Below, one piece after another: positions 17,564 to 27,758 of a DNA stretch of 55,615 nt. The notes beneath the pieces are model-generated. The model searched no databases, had not been told where the DNA came from, and saw nothing but the letters and a program-made list of their open reading frames with translations. Numbering within the stretch: position 1 is the first letter of the stretch; each line of letters starts with the position of its first letter. The translations under genes were made by a program, and so were the position numbers. Origin of the DNA: Clostridia bacterium (GTDB taxonomy: Bacteria; Bacillota; Clostridia; Oscillospirales; SIG627); NCBI GenBank assembly GCA_017453605.1, contig JAFTEP010000149.1, positions 1 through 55,615 of the forward strand, written 5' to 3'.

Positions 17564-20500
17564 TCATCCCTCCTGCTCGAGATAGCACCTGACGTAATGC
17601 CCGACGTTCACGATCCCGTCCTCCGGCTCCGGCTCGGAGTCGGCCGTAACGTGCTCGGTCACCTCGTATTCGTAGCAGTGGGTGAATTCGCTGACCCTGA
17701 ACGCCGTCTCGTAGACCGGGAGATCCTCGCCGCCGAACCACCAGCGGCTCACGTCGGGACCGTAGGAGCGGTCGGCGTAGTAGAGCTCGGTCCCATCCTC
17801 CGGCGTGCCCTTCTGATATATCTCCGGAGAAAAGAACGCCGAGAAGTCCGTGTATTCGTCGGTGCGGAAGTCGCTGACGGAAGACGAGCCGAGCGCTCCG
17901 CCGGTATATCTCTCAGACCAGTGCCAGTAGATGTATCCGGCAAGCTCGGTGTATATATATTCGACCTTTCTGTTCTCCCCGGAATACTCCTCGGGCGGGA
18001 AGTCCGAATAGCGCTTTGCGATGCTCGCGGACAGATCGAAGCCCTCGGGCAGCTCGGCGTACTGAGTCTCGCCCTCCTCGGTGACGATCCACATATCGCT
18101 CTCGCCGATCAGTCTCCAGCCCTCTTCGTTGACCTTCTGTGTGACGGTCTTCGAACTGACCCTGTCGTAGATCCACTGATCGCTGCCCTCGACGATCTCT
18201 GCTCCCTCCGGGACTTGCGTTATCAGGATCGGCTCCGAGACCTTCGCCCAGTGTGCGTAGAGGACTGTCGGCGTGTCGTAGGAAACGACGGTGTCCTTCT
18301 CGACCTTGACCCCGACTGTCGGATTCGAGAACCAGCCCTCGAACATATAGCCGTTCTTGACAGGCGTTTCGAGGAAGCCGAACCTCTTGCCGTAGGTGAC
18401 GGTCATCGTGGTGCGGCTCAGAGTGCCGCCCTGAGCGTTGAAGTAGATCTCGTAGGTGAGCGGAGTCCAGATCGCGTAGAGAGTGACCGTGCCGCCGTCG
18501 TCACTGAGGTCCCCGAGATCGTTGACCTCCTCGCAGTCGGCAAACTGCGCGGTGAGCGAGTCCGGTGTCAGGGACCAGCCGAGGAATTCATAGCCCTTTC
18601 TCGTGAAGCCGCATTCGTTGAGCGCCTTCGGGACCGAATAGACGTGATACGAGCTCTCCGTCGTTCCCGTTCCTCCGTTCGCGCTGTAATATATGGCGTA
18701 GGTGAGGGTCTGGACGGTCACTTTGCACGTCGCGGTCTTGCTTCCGTCCGCGGTGACTGCCTTTATCACGGCCTCGCCGTTCGCGACCGCGGTGACGATC
18801 CCGGTCGGAGTCACGGTCGCGACGTTCTTGTTGGTGGAGAGCCACGAGACCGCCGTGTTCGAAGCGTTTCTCGGCTCGATTATCGCTTCGAGGAGGAAGG
18901 AACCTCCGGCGTTGAGGGTTATCTCCTCCTCGGAGAGAGATACTCCGGTAACGGGGATCCTGTCGGGAGTGAGCTCTCCCAGCGAGACCGTCATCCCGAC
19001 CACGCTGCCGTACGGCAGGACGGTCCCGGGAGCCGGATCCTGAGACACGACCCGGTACATATCGTCGTCGGTGGTGTAGACGTATTCGCTCTCGGCGGCA
19101 AAACCGAGCTCTCCGAGCGTCGAAAGCGCCTGCTCTTCAGATACGCCCGCCAGATCGGGGACGGCGATCGCGTTGTCGAGGACGTGCACGGTGACGACCG
19201 TGCGGACGAGCCCGGTGTTGTCCTTGAGAGTCACCTTCGCGTCGCCGATCGAGACGCCCGTGAGAGTGCCGGAAACGACCGAGACCACCGATTCGTCGGA
19301 GCTGAGCCAGATGAGCTGCGACTTTTCGAGCTCCTTCGGAAGCACAGTCACGGCGGGAGTCACGCTCTCGTCCTTCAGGATGCTGATCTCGGTGCGGTCT
19401 ACTATGATGGATTCGATGCGGCGGGTCGAATCGCGCTGATCCGCGCTCCCGACGAGGAGCCAGACCTGCTCTCCGGGAGCGGCGGTCTCCCCGGCGCGCA
19501 CGCTCTGGGAAATGACCTTGCCGACCTTTCCCGAATCGAAAGCGACGGCCTTCTGAACGCTCAGACCGTGATTTTCGAGGAGCTTTTTCGCCTGCTCGAA
19601 GTTTTTGCCGACAAGATCGATGAGCGTCACGTTCCCGTCGGCGTCGGTATTGAGTTTGCGGTTTTCAAGAAGTATCTGGGCGACCGTCGCCGGGTCTGTC
19701 TTCGTGGCGAAAAGGATCGTCAGGCGCGTGTAGAGCACCGCGCTGAGCGCGATCATCGCGATGACGGCGAAAAGCCCGATGAGCGCCGCGCTGCTGCGCT
19801 TCTTGTTGAGCTTTTCGACGGCTTTGACGTTCTCGCCGTCGTATCCGACCAGCGCCGTGTCCTCGTCCGCTTTAAGAAGAGCTTTCTGGAACTGATCGAG
19901 GGTCCTGAAGCGGCGGGACGGATCCTCGCTGCATCCGCGGGCGCAGATCGCCTCCATCCGCCCCGAGAGGCTGAACAGCTTGCGGGCGACGGCGCAGACG
20001 GAATAGATCTCGTCGGACATCTTTCCGACGGGGTCCTTTTCGCTCCCCGGCGCGGCGAACTCGCCGTCCGGCAGACCGAGCTGCGGGATTCCCGTGTCAC
20101 CGAGCCTGAACTCCCCCGCGGAATCGACGAAGACGTTCGAAGGCTTTATATCACGGTGCAGGATCCCCGCCCTCTCGAAGCAGGCGAGGGCTCTGGACAT
20201 CGCGACGCAGAACCTGACCGCGGCGTTCTTGTCGGGCGGATTGTTTTTGAGGTGTTCCTCGAAGGGCGTCAGAAGCTCGCTTCTGATATAGAACGTGTAT
20301 CCGCCCTTGCGGCGGATCGTTTTGAAATCCTCCAAAAAAACGACGTTGTCCCTGCCGCGCATCTCCCTGATGAGAGAAAGCCGTCTGTTGAGCCCGGAGG
20401 CGATCCTGTGGAGCCATCTGTCGGCGGGAACGTCGTCGGGGCGCGACTTCTCAAGCTCGGCGAGGGGATGCTTTTCCTCGTCGGGTATGCGGATTATCTT

Positions 20501-20641
20501 TGAGGCGCTCAGAAATTTTTCGTCCATCTCGACGCGGCTCTCGAGGTATACCTCGCCGTACAGACCGTGTCCGAGTTCTCTCTCGAATTCGCGCTCCGCC
20601 CAGAAATCTATGAGCTGATTGTTTTGCTTCTTTTCTTCCAT
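17564..20641 (-). CDS. Membrane Ser/Thr protein kinase with PASTA-like, Big_2 and Listeria-Bacteroides-repeat ectodomains
   Basis: 1025 aa. GHGLYGEVY, HRDIKPSNV, one TM (AALIGLFAVIAMIALSAVLY), two PASTA-like units, two Big_2-like units, and two GY(E/M)F(L/E)GW repeats. The C-terminal ~230 aa match no family I recognise. Confidence 0.85.
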   Translation of the reverse strand: MEEKKQNNQLIDFWAEREFERELGHGLYGEVYLESRVEMDEKFLSASKIIRIPDEEKHPLAELEKSRPDDVPADRWLHRIASGLNRRLSLIREMRGRDNVVFLEDFKTIRRKGGYTFYIRSELLTPFEEHLKNNPPDKNAAVRFCVAMSRALACFERAGILHRDIKPSNVFVDSAGEFRLGDTGIPQLGLPDGEFAAPGSEKDPVGKMSDEIYSVCAVARKLFSLSGRMEAICARGCSEDPSRRFRTLDQFQKALLKADEDTALVGYDGENVKAVEKLNKKRSSAALIGLFAVIAMIALSAVLYTRLTILFATKTDPATVAQILLENRKLNTDADGNVTLIDLVGKNFEQAKKLLENHGLSVQKAVAFDSGKVGKVISQSVRAGETAAPGEQVWLLVGSADQRDSTRRIESIIVDRTEISILKDESVTPAVTVLPKELEKSQLIWLSSDESVVSVVSGTLTGVSIGDAKVTLKDNTGLVRTVVTVHVLDNAIAVPDLAGVSEEQALSTLGELGFAAESEYVYTTDDDMYRVVSQDPAPGTVLPYGSVVGMTVSLGELTPDRIPVTGVSLSEEEITLNAGGSFLLEAIIEPRNASNTAVSWLSTNKNVATVTPTGIVTAVANGEAVIKAVTADGSKTATCKVTVQTLTYAIYYSANGGTGTTESSYHVYSVPKALNECGFTRKGYEFLGWSLTPDSLTAQFADCEEVNDLGDLSDDGGTVTLYAIWTPLTYEIYFNAQGGTLSRTTMTVTYGKRFGFLETPVKNGYMFEGWFSNPTVGVKVEKDTVVSYDTPTVLYAHWAKVSEPILITQVPEGAEIVEGSDQWIYDRVSSKTVTQKVNEEGWRLIGESDMWIVTEEGETQYAELPEGFDLSASIAKRYSDFPPEEYSGENRKVEYIYTELAGYIYWHWSERYTGGALGSSSVSDFRTDEYTDFSAFFSPEIYQKGTPEDGTELYYADRSYGPDVSRWWFGGEDLPVYETAFRVSEFTHCYEYEVTEHVTADSEPEPEDGIVNVGHYVRCYLEQEG

Positions 20642-20666
20642 TTGATCCAGCCGGTTTATATGAGAT

Positions 20667-23006
20667 TCAGTTATTTTCGATTTTATTGGCGTCAGAAGCC
20701 TTCTTGAAGAAGGTCGTCTTTTTTATCGCCCCGTCGAACAGCATCGCAAGCTGAGGCAGGACGGTGAGAACGAGGATCACCGAGATCAGCGCGCCTCTTC
20801 CGACCGCGATACCGATGTGGCCGACGTAGACGTCGCTGACTCTCAGCGAGATGATGAAACCCGCGGCGGTCAGGATCGCGCCGGAGGTGATGACGGCGGC
20901 GAAGCTCTCGCGGACCGCGCCTACGGCGGCTTCGCGCTTATCGGACTCTTTGCGGTGCGCAAGATAGCGCGTCATGAACACGATGGCGTAGTCTATCGTG
21001 GCGCCCATCTGGATGGCGCTCACTATCATATACGTGACAAAGCACGGGTGGTTCGAGAAAAGATAGGTGAAGGCGAAGTTGATCCAGATGCTCCCCTGGA
21101 TGACGAAGACCATGACCGCCGCCGCGACGGGACTGCCGAAGGTGAACAGGAGGATCAGAAACACGAACAGCGCCGAAAGGACCGAGATGAGCTTAGAATC
21201 GAAGTTGTAGGAGGTCTTCAGGTCCCTCGCGCTCGTGACTTCTCCCGCGACGAGAGCCTCGCCGGGATATTTTTCTTCGGCGAGCTTCAGGATCCCGTCC
21301 GCGAGCGCCTCGCTTTTTTCGCCCTGAACGGGAAGAGACGAGGTAATGACTATCCTCGAGAGATTTTCGCTCTGCAGCTGAGACGCGAGCCTGAGCTGAG
21401 CGGAGTATCTGTTGAGATACCCTGACAGCAGACCGTAGGCCGCGCCGAGTGAGTTCTGCGCTTCGGGATCGTCCGTCAAGAAGCGCAGGACGTTATAGAT
21501 CGGCACGCTGAAATGCGCCGGGTCTTCCATCCCCTCTTTATCGCCCGTCTTTTCGGCGTAGCTTCTGAAAAGGGAGTTGATCTGCCCCTCGAACTGCGAA
21601 AGAAGAGCCGTGATCTGAGCGCCCGTGATCGGAAGACCGCCCGCCGCGCCCGAAGACAGAAGCGACGAGACCAGCGAGGGGAGCTGTCCGGGAGAGACAG
21701 AGTCGGTCAGCCTCACTCCCGCAGCGAGTTCGACGTCAGCCAGACCCGTGACGGTCTTCACTCCGTCGAGCTTTTTCACTTCTGTTATCACCTCACGCTC
21801 GGCGTCGGGATCTCCGGCGGGAACGATGAGCGCGAGCACGGTGTCGGGGCTGAAAACGGAGTTTATTTTTTCAGAAGCCTTCCTCTCGTCTGTCGCGACG
21901 AGTTCGTCGATCGCGCTCTCCGTGAATCCGTATTCCACCCTGCCGGAAAAGACGACGGCGAAGGGAAGGATGAGAGCGAAGACGACGACGAAAACAAACT
22001 TGTTTTTTGTCAGAAATCTTCCCCAGGGCGAAACGTCGGGCACGAGAGACCTGTGCTCGGCTTTTTTCAGAAGTCCCGGGAAGAGCGACAAAAGCGCGGG
22101 CATCAGAAGAAAGACGGTGAGCATACTGCACACGATGCCCTTGGCGAGGACGAGCCCGAGATCCCTTCCGAGCCCGAACTGCATCAGAGTGAGCGCCGCC
22201 AGCCCGGAGACCGTGGTCAGCGCCGAGGAGAAGATCTCCTTTATCGAAGCGGCAAGAGAGTTCGTGAGAGCTTCGCGGCGGTCGGGGTTCTTCTGAGCCT
22301 CGTCCTGGAAGCGGTGGGCGAAGATGATCGCGTAATCTATCGCCAGCGCGAGCTGGAGGATGACGGCGACGGCGTTTGTGATCGTCGATATCTCGCCGAA
22401 CCAGAAGTTTGTCCCCATGTTCAAAAGCGCCGCCTCGGCGAAAACGACGATGAAGACCGGCACTTCAAGAAAGCTGCGGGACGTGAAAAGCAAAACTATG
22501 ATTATGACCGCGGCGCTTATGGCGATGACTCCCGCCATCTCCCCTATCAGCTTCCCGACGACGTCCGTGCCGACTTTGGTGCTGATATAGTTTTCCCTGT
22601 CGGCGACGAGATCTCTGATCTTTTCCATCGCCTTGACGGCGCGTTCGCCGTTTCCGGGACCGTCGAAGGTCACCGAATAGAGCGCCTTGCCGTCGGCAAA
22701 GTGATCCGCGCCGCCGTCGAATCCGACCGACGCGACGCCGTCTACCGCGGAGATCCTGCCGCCGAGCTCCGACGCTTCGCCGAATTCCACGCCGCAGACC
22801 ATGATCTGAGCCGAAGCCAGAGAATCGAACTCGTCCTTCATCGCGGCGATCGCGCGGCGGGTCATCGTGTCCTCAGGCAGAAACGCGGTCAGATCGCTGT
22901 TGACCCTGACCCTGCCGAGAGAAAGCGCGCAATAGACCGAGGCGGCGGCGAACAGTATGAAAATTGCGATCCTTGATCTTACGATCAGCCCGGCGAGACG
23001 CTTCAT
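20667..23006 (-). CDS. MMPL/RND-superfamily membrane transporter
   Basis: 779 aa. Two blocks of about 6 TM helices, each preceded by a large extracytoplasmic loop. AAGGAG RBS. Confidence 0.8.
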   Translation of the reverse strand: MKRLAGLIVRSRIAIFILFAAASVYCALSLGRVRVNSDLTAFLPEDTMTRRAIAAMKDEFDSLASAQIMVCGVEFGEASELGGRISAVDGVASVGFDGGADHFADGKALYSVTFDGPGNGERAVKAMEKIRDLVADRENYISTKVGTDVVGKLIGEMAGVIAISAAVIIIVLLFTSRSFLEVPVFIVVFAEAALLNMGTNFWFGEISTITNAVAVILQLALAIDYAIIFAHRFQDEAQKNPDRREALTNSLAASIKEIFSSALTTVSGLAALTLMQFGLGRDLGLVLAKGIVCSMLTVFLLMPALLSLFPGLLKKAEHRSLVPDVSPWGRFLTKNKFVFVVVFALILPFAVVFSGRVEYGFTESAIDELVATDERKASEKINSVFSPDTVLALIVPAGDPDAEREVITEVKKLDGVKTVTGLADVELAAGVRLTDSVSPGQLPSLVSSLLSSGAAGGLPITGAQITALLSQFEGQINSLFRSYAEKTGDKEGMEDPAHFSVPIYNVLRFLTDDPEAQNSLGAAYGLLSGYLNRYSAQLRLASQLQSENLSRIVITSSLPVQGEKSEALADGILKLAEEKYPGEALVAGEVTSARDLKTSYNFDSKLISVLSALFVFLILLFTFGSPVAAAVMVFVIQGSIWINFAFTYLFSNHPCFVTYMIVSAIQMGATIDYAIVFMTRYLAHRKESDKREAAVGAVRESFAAVITSGAILTAAGFIISLRVSDVYVGHIGIAVGRGALISVILVLTVLPQLAMLFDGAIKKTTFFKKASDANKIENN

Positions 23007-23057
23007 GCAAAGCTCCTTGATTTGAAATAAATAATACTCCTAATACTCCCGGAGTTT

Positions 23058-23576
23058 TCAGTCCTGTCTTCTCCCGAAGATCCTCTTGACTCCCGACCTG
23101 TCGAGCGCGCTGTAGAGAGCGTAGCCGATAAAGACGCAGCTTATCAGCTCTCCGGCGAACACGGTCGAAATAAAATAGCCGAGACTGCCCTCGAAGCCGT
23201 AGCACCATTTCAGAACGGGCGGGATGACGAGAGTGTTGGAGATCACCGGCATAAAAAGAGCAAGAGGCGGCTTTTTTCTCAGAAGATACGCGCCGAGGGA
23301 TCCCAGAAGCGTGGCGAGGCTCCCGAGAGCGATGTCCCAGGGAATGCAGCCGGTGAGAAAATTCGCCAGAAGGCAGCCGACGAAAAGACCGGGGACGGCT
23401 GCGGGAGTGAAGAGGCAGAGCGCGGCGAGAGCTTCTGAAAATCTGAGCTGGATCGCGCCGCTCGCGAGCCCCATAAGATTGCAAAGATAGGTCAGCGCCA
23501 CGTAGAGCGCGGCGATGACTGCGGCGAGAGTGACGGAAAATATCCGTTTTTTTGCAGCCGTGGGTTTTGTTTTCAT
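23058..23576 (-). CDS. queT: Queuosine-precursor transporter QueT
   Basis: 172 aa multi-TM protein with LRFSEALAALCLFTPAAVPGLFVGCLLANF. Preceded by a preQ1-I riboswitch. Confidence 0.8.
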   Translation of the reverse strand: MKTKPTAAKKRIFSVTLAAVIAALYVALTYLCNLMGLASGAIQLRFSEALAALCLFTPAAVPGLFVGCLLANFLTGCIPWDIALGSLATLLGSLGAYLLRKKPPLALFMPVISNTLVIPPVLKWCYGFEGSLGYFISTVFAGELISCVFIGYALYSALDRSGVKRIFGRRQD

Positions 23577-23587
23577 TATTCAGTTGT

Positions 23588-23630
23588 CTCCTTTAGTTTT
23601 GTTTTAAGTGAGGAAGGTCTCGAACTCACT
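23588..23630 (-). promoter_or_regulatory. preQ1-I riboswitch
   Basis: Minus-strand RNA AGUGAG-UUCGAGACCUUC-CUCACU-UAAAACAAAACUAAAGGAG. It has a 5-6 bp P1 stem, a UUC-containing loop and an A-rich tail ending in the SD. This aligns with the B. subtilis queC (AGAGGUUCUAGCUACACCCUCUAUAAAAAACUAAGG) and T. tengcongensis aptamers. Confidence 0.75.
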
Positions 23631-23650
23631 GTATATATCCGTCTCCGGAA

Positions 23651-24631
23651 TCAGAGACCGAATACCTTTTTGAAGACCGGGCAGAGATTCGACGCGAAGT
23701 TCTCGAAGCCCTTGTCGTTGGGGTGGAGCACGTCCGGGCTGAAGAGACCGTCGTCGTGGTCGATCAATTTCATCCCGTCGACGACGCTCACGCCGGGATA
23801 GCTTTTCGCCTCGCGGGTGATGACGTCCGCCGCGTCGGAAAATCTGCCGACGCTCGTCAGCCTCTTGCAGTCGCCCCTCCAGAGCGGAGTGATGACGAGT
23901 TTCGGGACGCCGGGATAGTATTTGTCGAGCAGGGCATAGTAGTTTTCGACGGATTCCGTAAAGCGGTCTCTCTTCCTGCCGGCCCAGTCGTTGGTGCCCA
24001 GAAGCACCGTGATGAAATCGGGAAGAAAACCGAGCCCTTCGCCGATGTTGCCCTCGTGGTAGACGTCTCCGCCGATGCCCTGATTGATGACGTTGATCCC
24101 GAGAGTGCGCGCGAGGATCGCGGGATAGGCGTTCGAGGAGAGGTGCGCGTCGTATCCGTGAGTTATGGAATCGCCGATCGCGAGGAGCGTTTTATCGAAG
24201 ACCGCGGGCTTCACGAAACTGCCGTCGGCGCACACGTTCTTCACGAACGCGGCGTACATGCAGGGGAACCAGACCGTGACGCGCTTTTCTCCTTCGGGAA
24301 GCTTCACGCAGAAGCGGGATTGCGCCGAGGAAGGCGACTCCTCGCCGAACTGAGTCAGATACCTGCCGTCGACGAAGACGTCGAAGTAGTAGAATCGGCG
24401 GGAGCTGGCGCTGTGGAGCTCGAAATCGAACGAAAACTCCGTCGAATCCGTGTAAAAATCGAATCTCACTCCCGCGGTGGCGTAGCACTTGCGGAAGAAG
24501 TCCCAGTTGGAGAACTCGTAAAATCTTTCCTGCGCCTCCGCGTAGCGGTGGAAGCAGTAATAGCCGTGTTCCACGGTGACGCGGGTTATGCCGAACACCG
24601 TTTCGCGGATCAGTTTCTCGTCAAAGTTCAT
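23651..24631 (-). CDS. SGNH/GDSL hydrolase (esterase) with N-terminal beta-sandwich-like domain
   Basis: 326 aa. Block I GDSITHG, block III GTNDW, block V DVLHPND. Confidence 0.8.
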   Translation of the reverse strand: MNFDEKLIRETVFGITRVTVEHGYYCFHRYAEAQERFYEFSNWDFFRKCYATAGVRFDFYTDSTEFSFDFELHSASSRRFYYFDVFVDGRYLTQFGEESPSSAQSRFCVKLPEGEKRVTVWFPCMYAAFVKNVCADGSFVKPAVFDKTLLAIGDSITHGYDAHLSSNAYPAILARTLGINVINQGIGGDVYHEGNIGEGLGFLPDFITVLLGTNDWAGRKRDRFTESVENYYALLDKYYPGVPKLVITPLWRGDCKRLTSVGRFSDAADVITREAKSYPGVSVVDGMKLIDHDDGLFSPDVLHPNDKGFENFASNLCPVFKKVFGL

Positions 24632-24666
24632 AACGTGCCTTTCCTAATATTGAAATAGTTTTATTT

Positions 24667-25770
24667 TCAGACGTTGAACCTGAACAGGACGACGTCGCCG
24701 TCCCGCATCACGTAGTCCTTGCCCTCGCTCCTGACAAGCCCCTTCTCCTTCGCGGCGGTGAGCGAACCGCAGGCCATGAGCTCGTCGAAGGAAATGACCT
24801 CAGCCCTTATGAAGCCGCGCTCGAAATCCGAATGGATCTTTCCCGCGGCGGCGGGAGCGGTCGTGCCCTTCTTTATAGTCCACGCCCTGACCTCGGGCTT
24901 TCCGGCGGTCAGAAAGCTCATCAGCCCCAGGAGCGAATAGCTCGCCTCTATCAGTCTGTCGAGACCCGAGTGGCTGAGCCCGTAGTCCTCTAAAAACGCC
25001 TTTCTGTCGGCGGGATCCATCTCGCTGAGCTCCGCTTCGAGTTCGGCGCAGACAGGGATGATCGCGCTGCCCTCGGACCGGGCGATCCCGGCGAGCGTGC
25101 GGTAATAGCCGTTGGGACCATCCGGACTGTCGATCCCGCCGAGATCCTCCTCGCCGATGTTGGCGGCGTAGATCACGGGCTTCATGCTCAGAAGCGGAGA
25201 ATCCGAAAACTTCGCCTTCTCCTCGTCGCTCAGCCCCGCGAGCCTCGCCGGAACGCCGCGCGAAAGGCTGTCGATGAGCCTTTCGGTGAGCTCAGCGTCA
25301 ACGGCGGCGTCCTTGTCCGCCTTGAGGCGCTTTTTGACGCGGTCGAGCCTCTTTTCGAGTAGCTCGAGGTCGCTGAGCATCAGTTCCATATTGATGACCT
25401 CGACGTCACGCGCCGGATCGACGGTCTTTTCGACGTGGACGACGTCTGAGTTCTCAAAACAGCGCACGACGTGGACGATCGCGTCCACCTCGCGGATATG
25501 GCTCAGAAACTTGTTGCCGAGACCCTCGCCGGAGGCGGCTCCCTTGACGAGTCCCGCGATATCGACGAATTCGATCACCGCGGGCGTGGTCTTGACGGCG
25601 TCGTAAAGCTTCGTGAGCGCGTCGAGCCGCGCGTCGGGGACGGCGACGACGCCCACGTTCGGATCTATCGTGCAGAACGGATAGTTCGCCGCCTGCGCTC
25701 CCGCGCCGGTCAGCGCGTTGAAAAGGGTGCTCTTCCCGACGTTGGGAAGTCCCACTATTCCGAGTTTCAT
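24667..25770 (-). CDS. ychF: Redox-regulated ribosome-binding ATPase YchF
   Basis: 367 aa. [21 protein letters not shown], the TGS-like C-terminus and [11 protein letters not shown]. Confidence 0.95.
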   Translation of the reverse strand: MKLGIVGLPNVGKSTLFNALTGAGAQAANYPFCTIDPNVGVVAVPDARLDALTKLYDAVKTTPAVIEFVDIAGLVKGAASGEGLGNKFLSHIREVDAIVHVVRCFENSDVVHVEKTVDPARDVEVINMELMLSDLELLEKRLDRVKKRLKADKDAAVDAELTERLIDSLSRGVPARLAGLSDEEKAKFSDSPLLSMKPVIYAANIGEEDLGGIDSPDGPNGYYRTLAGIARSEGSAIIPVCAELEAELSEMDPADRKAFLEDYGLSHSGLDRLIEASYSLLGLMSFLTAGKPEVRAWTIKKGTTAPAAAGKIHSDFERGFIRAEVISFDELMACGSLTAAKEKGLVRSEGKDYVMRDGDVVLFRFNV

Positions 25771-25945
25771 CTTTTTCTCCTGTTCTCCTGCTGCCAGTTT
25801 ATCGAAAAGAAGACGGAGCCGGCAAAACTCCGCACTTTATTGTATCACATTCCCGGCAGATTTGCAATAAAATTTTTTGCGCCGTGATAAATCCCGTAAA
25901 ACGCCCGAAAAAAACCGGAAAAGTCTGAAAAAGTCTGAAAAACTA

Positions 25946-25974
25946 TAGAAAAATCCGCCCGGCTTTGATATAAT
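25946..25974 (+). promoter_or_regulatory. Candidate extended -10 promoter of the ThuA/TIM-barrel operon
   Basis: TAGAAA, 17 nt (ending TGa), TATAAT. Confidence 0.5.
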
Positions 25975-26060
25975 ATCTTTCGGAGAACGCACTCAGGACG
26001 CCCCAGAGCGCGTCCGGAAGTCCCAAAATCAAAAAAACCGCAAAAAACGGAGGAGAAAAA

Positions 26061-26795
26061 ATGATAAAAGTCACGGTCTACAACGAGTTCCTGCACGAGA
26101 AGAAGTCCGAAAAAGTCAGACAGATCTATCCCGACGGCATCCACGCCGCGATCGCCGCCTTTCTCGGAGAGGAGGAGGATATCAGCGTCCGCACCGCCAC
26201 CCTCGACATGGAGGAGTGCGGCCTGACTCAGGAGGTCATCGACGACACCGACGTCATCATCTGGTGGGGGCACATCGCGCACGAAAAGGTCCCGGACGAG
26301 GTCGCCGAAAGAGTCAGAAAAGCGGTCTGGAACGGCATGGGCGCGATCTTTCTGCACTCCGCGCATTTCAGCAAGCCCTTCCGCGCTCTGACCGGCAGCC
26401 CCTGCAACCTCTGCTGGAGAGAGAGCGCCGACAGCGAGAGGATCTGGGTCATCGAGCCCAACCATCCGATCGCGAAGGGACTGGACAGATTCTTCGACAT
26501 CCCCGCGGTCGAGACCTACGGCGAGCCCTTCGGCATCCCGACTCCCGACAGGATCGTCTTCATGGGCTGGTACAGCGGCGGAGAGGTGTTCAGGAGCGGC
26601 ATCACCTACGAGAGATACAACGGAAGGATCTTCTATTTCCAGCCCGGCCACGAATCCTTCCCGATCTTCTATCAGAAGGAGATACAGACGGTCATCAAAA
26701 ACGCGGTCAGATGGGCATACAACCCGTCGAGAAGATCGACCGCCGCCCCGTGGGTCATCAAGACCGACGATCCATCGAAGTACGTGAAAAAATAA
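26061..26795 (+). CDS. ThuA-domain protein (trehalose-utilisation-like, class I glutamine amidotransferase-like fold)
   Basis: 244 aa. MIKVTVYNEFLHEKK...IYPDGIH...DVIIWWGH...FYFQPGHE. GGAGGAG RBS. Confidence 0.8.
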   Translation: MIKVTVYNEFLHEKKSEKVRQIYPDGIHAAIAAFLGEEEDISVRTATLDMEECGLTQEVIDDTDVIIWWGHIAHEKVPDEVAERVRKAVWNGMGAIFLHSAHFSKPFRALTGSPCNLCWRESADSERIWVIEPNHPIAKGLDRFFDIPAVETYGEPFGIPTPDRIVFMGWYSGGEVFRSGITYERYNGRIFYFQPGHESFPIFYQKEIQTVIKNAVRWAYNPSRRSTAAPWVIKTDDPSKYVKK

Positions 26796-26841
26796 CGACG
26801 GAGCTGGAAAAAAGCAGAGACGATAAGGGGAGACGATAAAG

Positions 26842-27711
26842 ATGAAAATATCCATGAACTCCTGGTACTTCTACTGGAGCAGGACAGGACGCAAAAGATC
26901 GCTCGAGGAAGTCCTCAGGCTCTGTTACGACGCGGGCTTCAGGACCGTCGACACCGAGATCTCCTGGGGCGACGACTGGGAGGCCAGAGCCGACGCGACG
27001 ATGAACGCCGCCGCGAAGGTCGGGATAGAGATCGAGCAGTCGCACGCGCCGTACAACTTCTATGAAAGAGCGCCGCGCGAGGTGTTCTTGAAGTCTCTCA
27101 AAAACAGCGCGAAAGCCGCCGTGAAGATGGGTCTGAAATACCTCGTGTTCCACGCCGACGAATACCATCCGCCCAAGGGCGGCCCCTTCGATCCCAAGGC
27201 GGCGCTGGAAGCCGTCTACGACTCGCTCGCGCCGTGCATCGAGATCCTGACCGCCGGAGGAGTCAGGGCCGGGCTCGAGACCACCGACGAGGACAGGGGC
27301 AGGAACACTCCGCTCGAACAGCGCACGCATTTTTGCGCGGACATAAACGAGCTGATCGCGATAATCGACAAGTTCAACGATCCCATGGTCGGCTGCTGCT
27401 GGGATTTCGGTCACGCGAGGCTCGCTTTCGGCAACGACAAACACGCCGAAATGATAAAGAAGATGGGAAGCCGCATAATCTGCACCCACGTCCAGGACAA
27501 CCGCGGCGGAGGAATGGACATCCACCTTCCCCCGTTCTTCGGAGACCTGAAATGGGAGGAGCTGATGGCGGCGCTGAAATCGACGGGCTACAAGGGCTCG
27601 CTGACATTTGAAGTGATCTACTCCTGCCTGCCGGACGCGCTCGTCCCCGATCACGCAAGACAGCTCTACCGCATCGGAGAGACCCTGTCGGATATGTTTG
27701 AAAAGGCCTGA
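26842..27711 (+). CDS. Sugar phosphate isomerase/epimerase (xylose-isomerase-like TIM barrel), paralog 1
   Basis: 289 aa. LVFHADE...CWDFGHA...HVQDN...GSLTFEV metal-ligand pattern of the AP_endonuc_2 / xylose isomerase-like fold. Confidence 0.8.
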   Translation: MKISMNSWYFYWSRTGRKRSLEEVLRLCYDAGFRTVDTEISWGDDWEARADATMNAAAKVGIEIEQSHAPYNFYERAPREVFLKSLKNSAKAAVKMGLKYLVFHADEYHPPKGGPFDPKAALEAVYDSLAPCIEILTAGGVRAGLETTDEDRGRNTPLEQRTHFCADINELIAIIDKFNDPMVGCCWDFGHARLAFGNDKHAEMIKKMGSRIICTHVQDNRGGGMDIHLPPFFGDLKWEELMAALKSTGYKGSLTFEVIYSCLPDALVPDHARQLYRIGETLSDMFEKA

Positions 27712-27758
27712 TGCGCCGAGAGGAAAAAGAGGATTAAGAGGATTAAGAGGAAAAAAAC

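Noticed and set aside
17597-20503. A 968-aa stop-free ORF on the plus strand, antisense to the kinase gene.
   Set aside because: The minus-strand frame carries unmistakable kinase, PASTA, Big_2 and repeat motifs. The antisense product is Arg/Asp/Gly/Val/Leu-rich low-information sequence. Antisense stops would need sense TTA/CTA/TCA codons, which are rare in this GC-rich codon usage, so long shadow ORFs are expected.
17511-27746. Short tandem duplications, checked as possible CRISPR or minisatellite arrays: ATTATATACA x2 (17511-17530), AAGTCTGAAA x2 (25921-25940) and GAGGATTAA x2 (27729-27746).
   Set aside because: Each has only two copies with no spacers. They are ordinary intergenic slippage duplications. 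No CRISPR-like repeat-spacer structure exists anywhere in the window.
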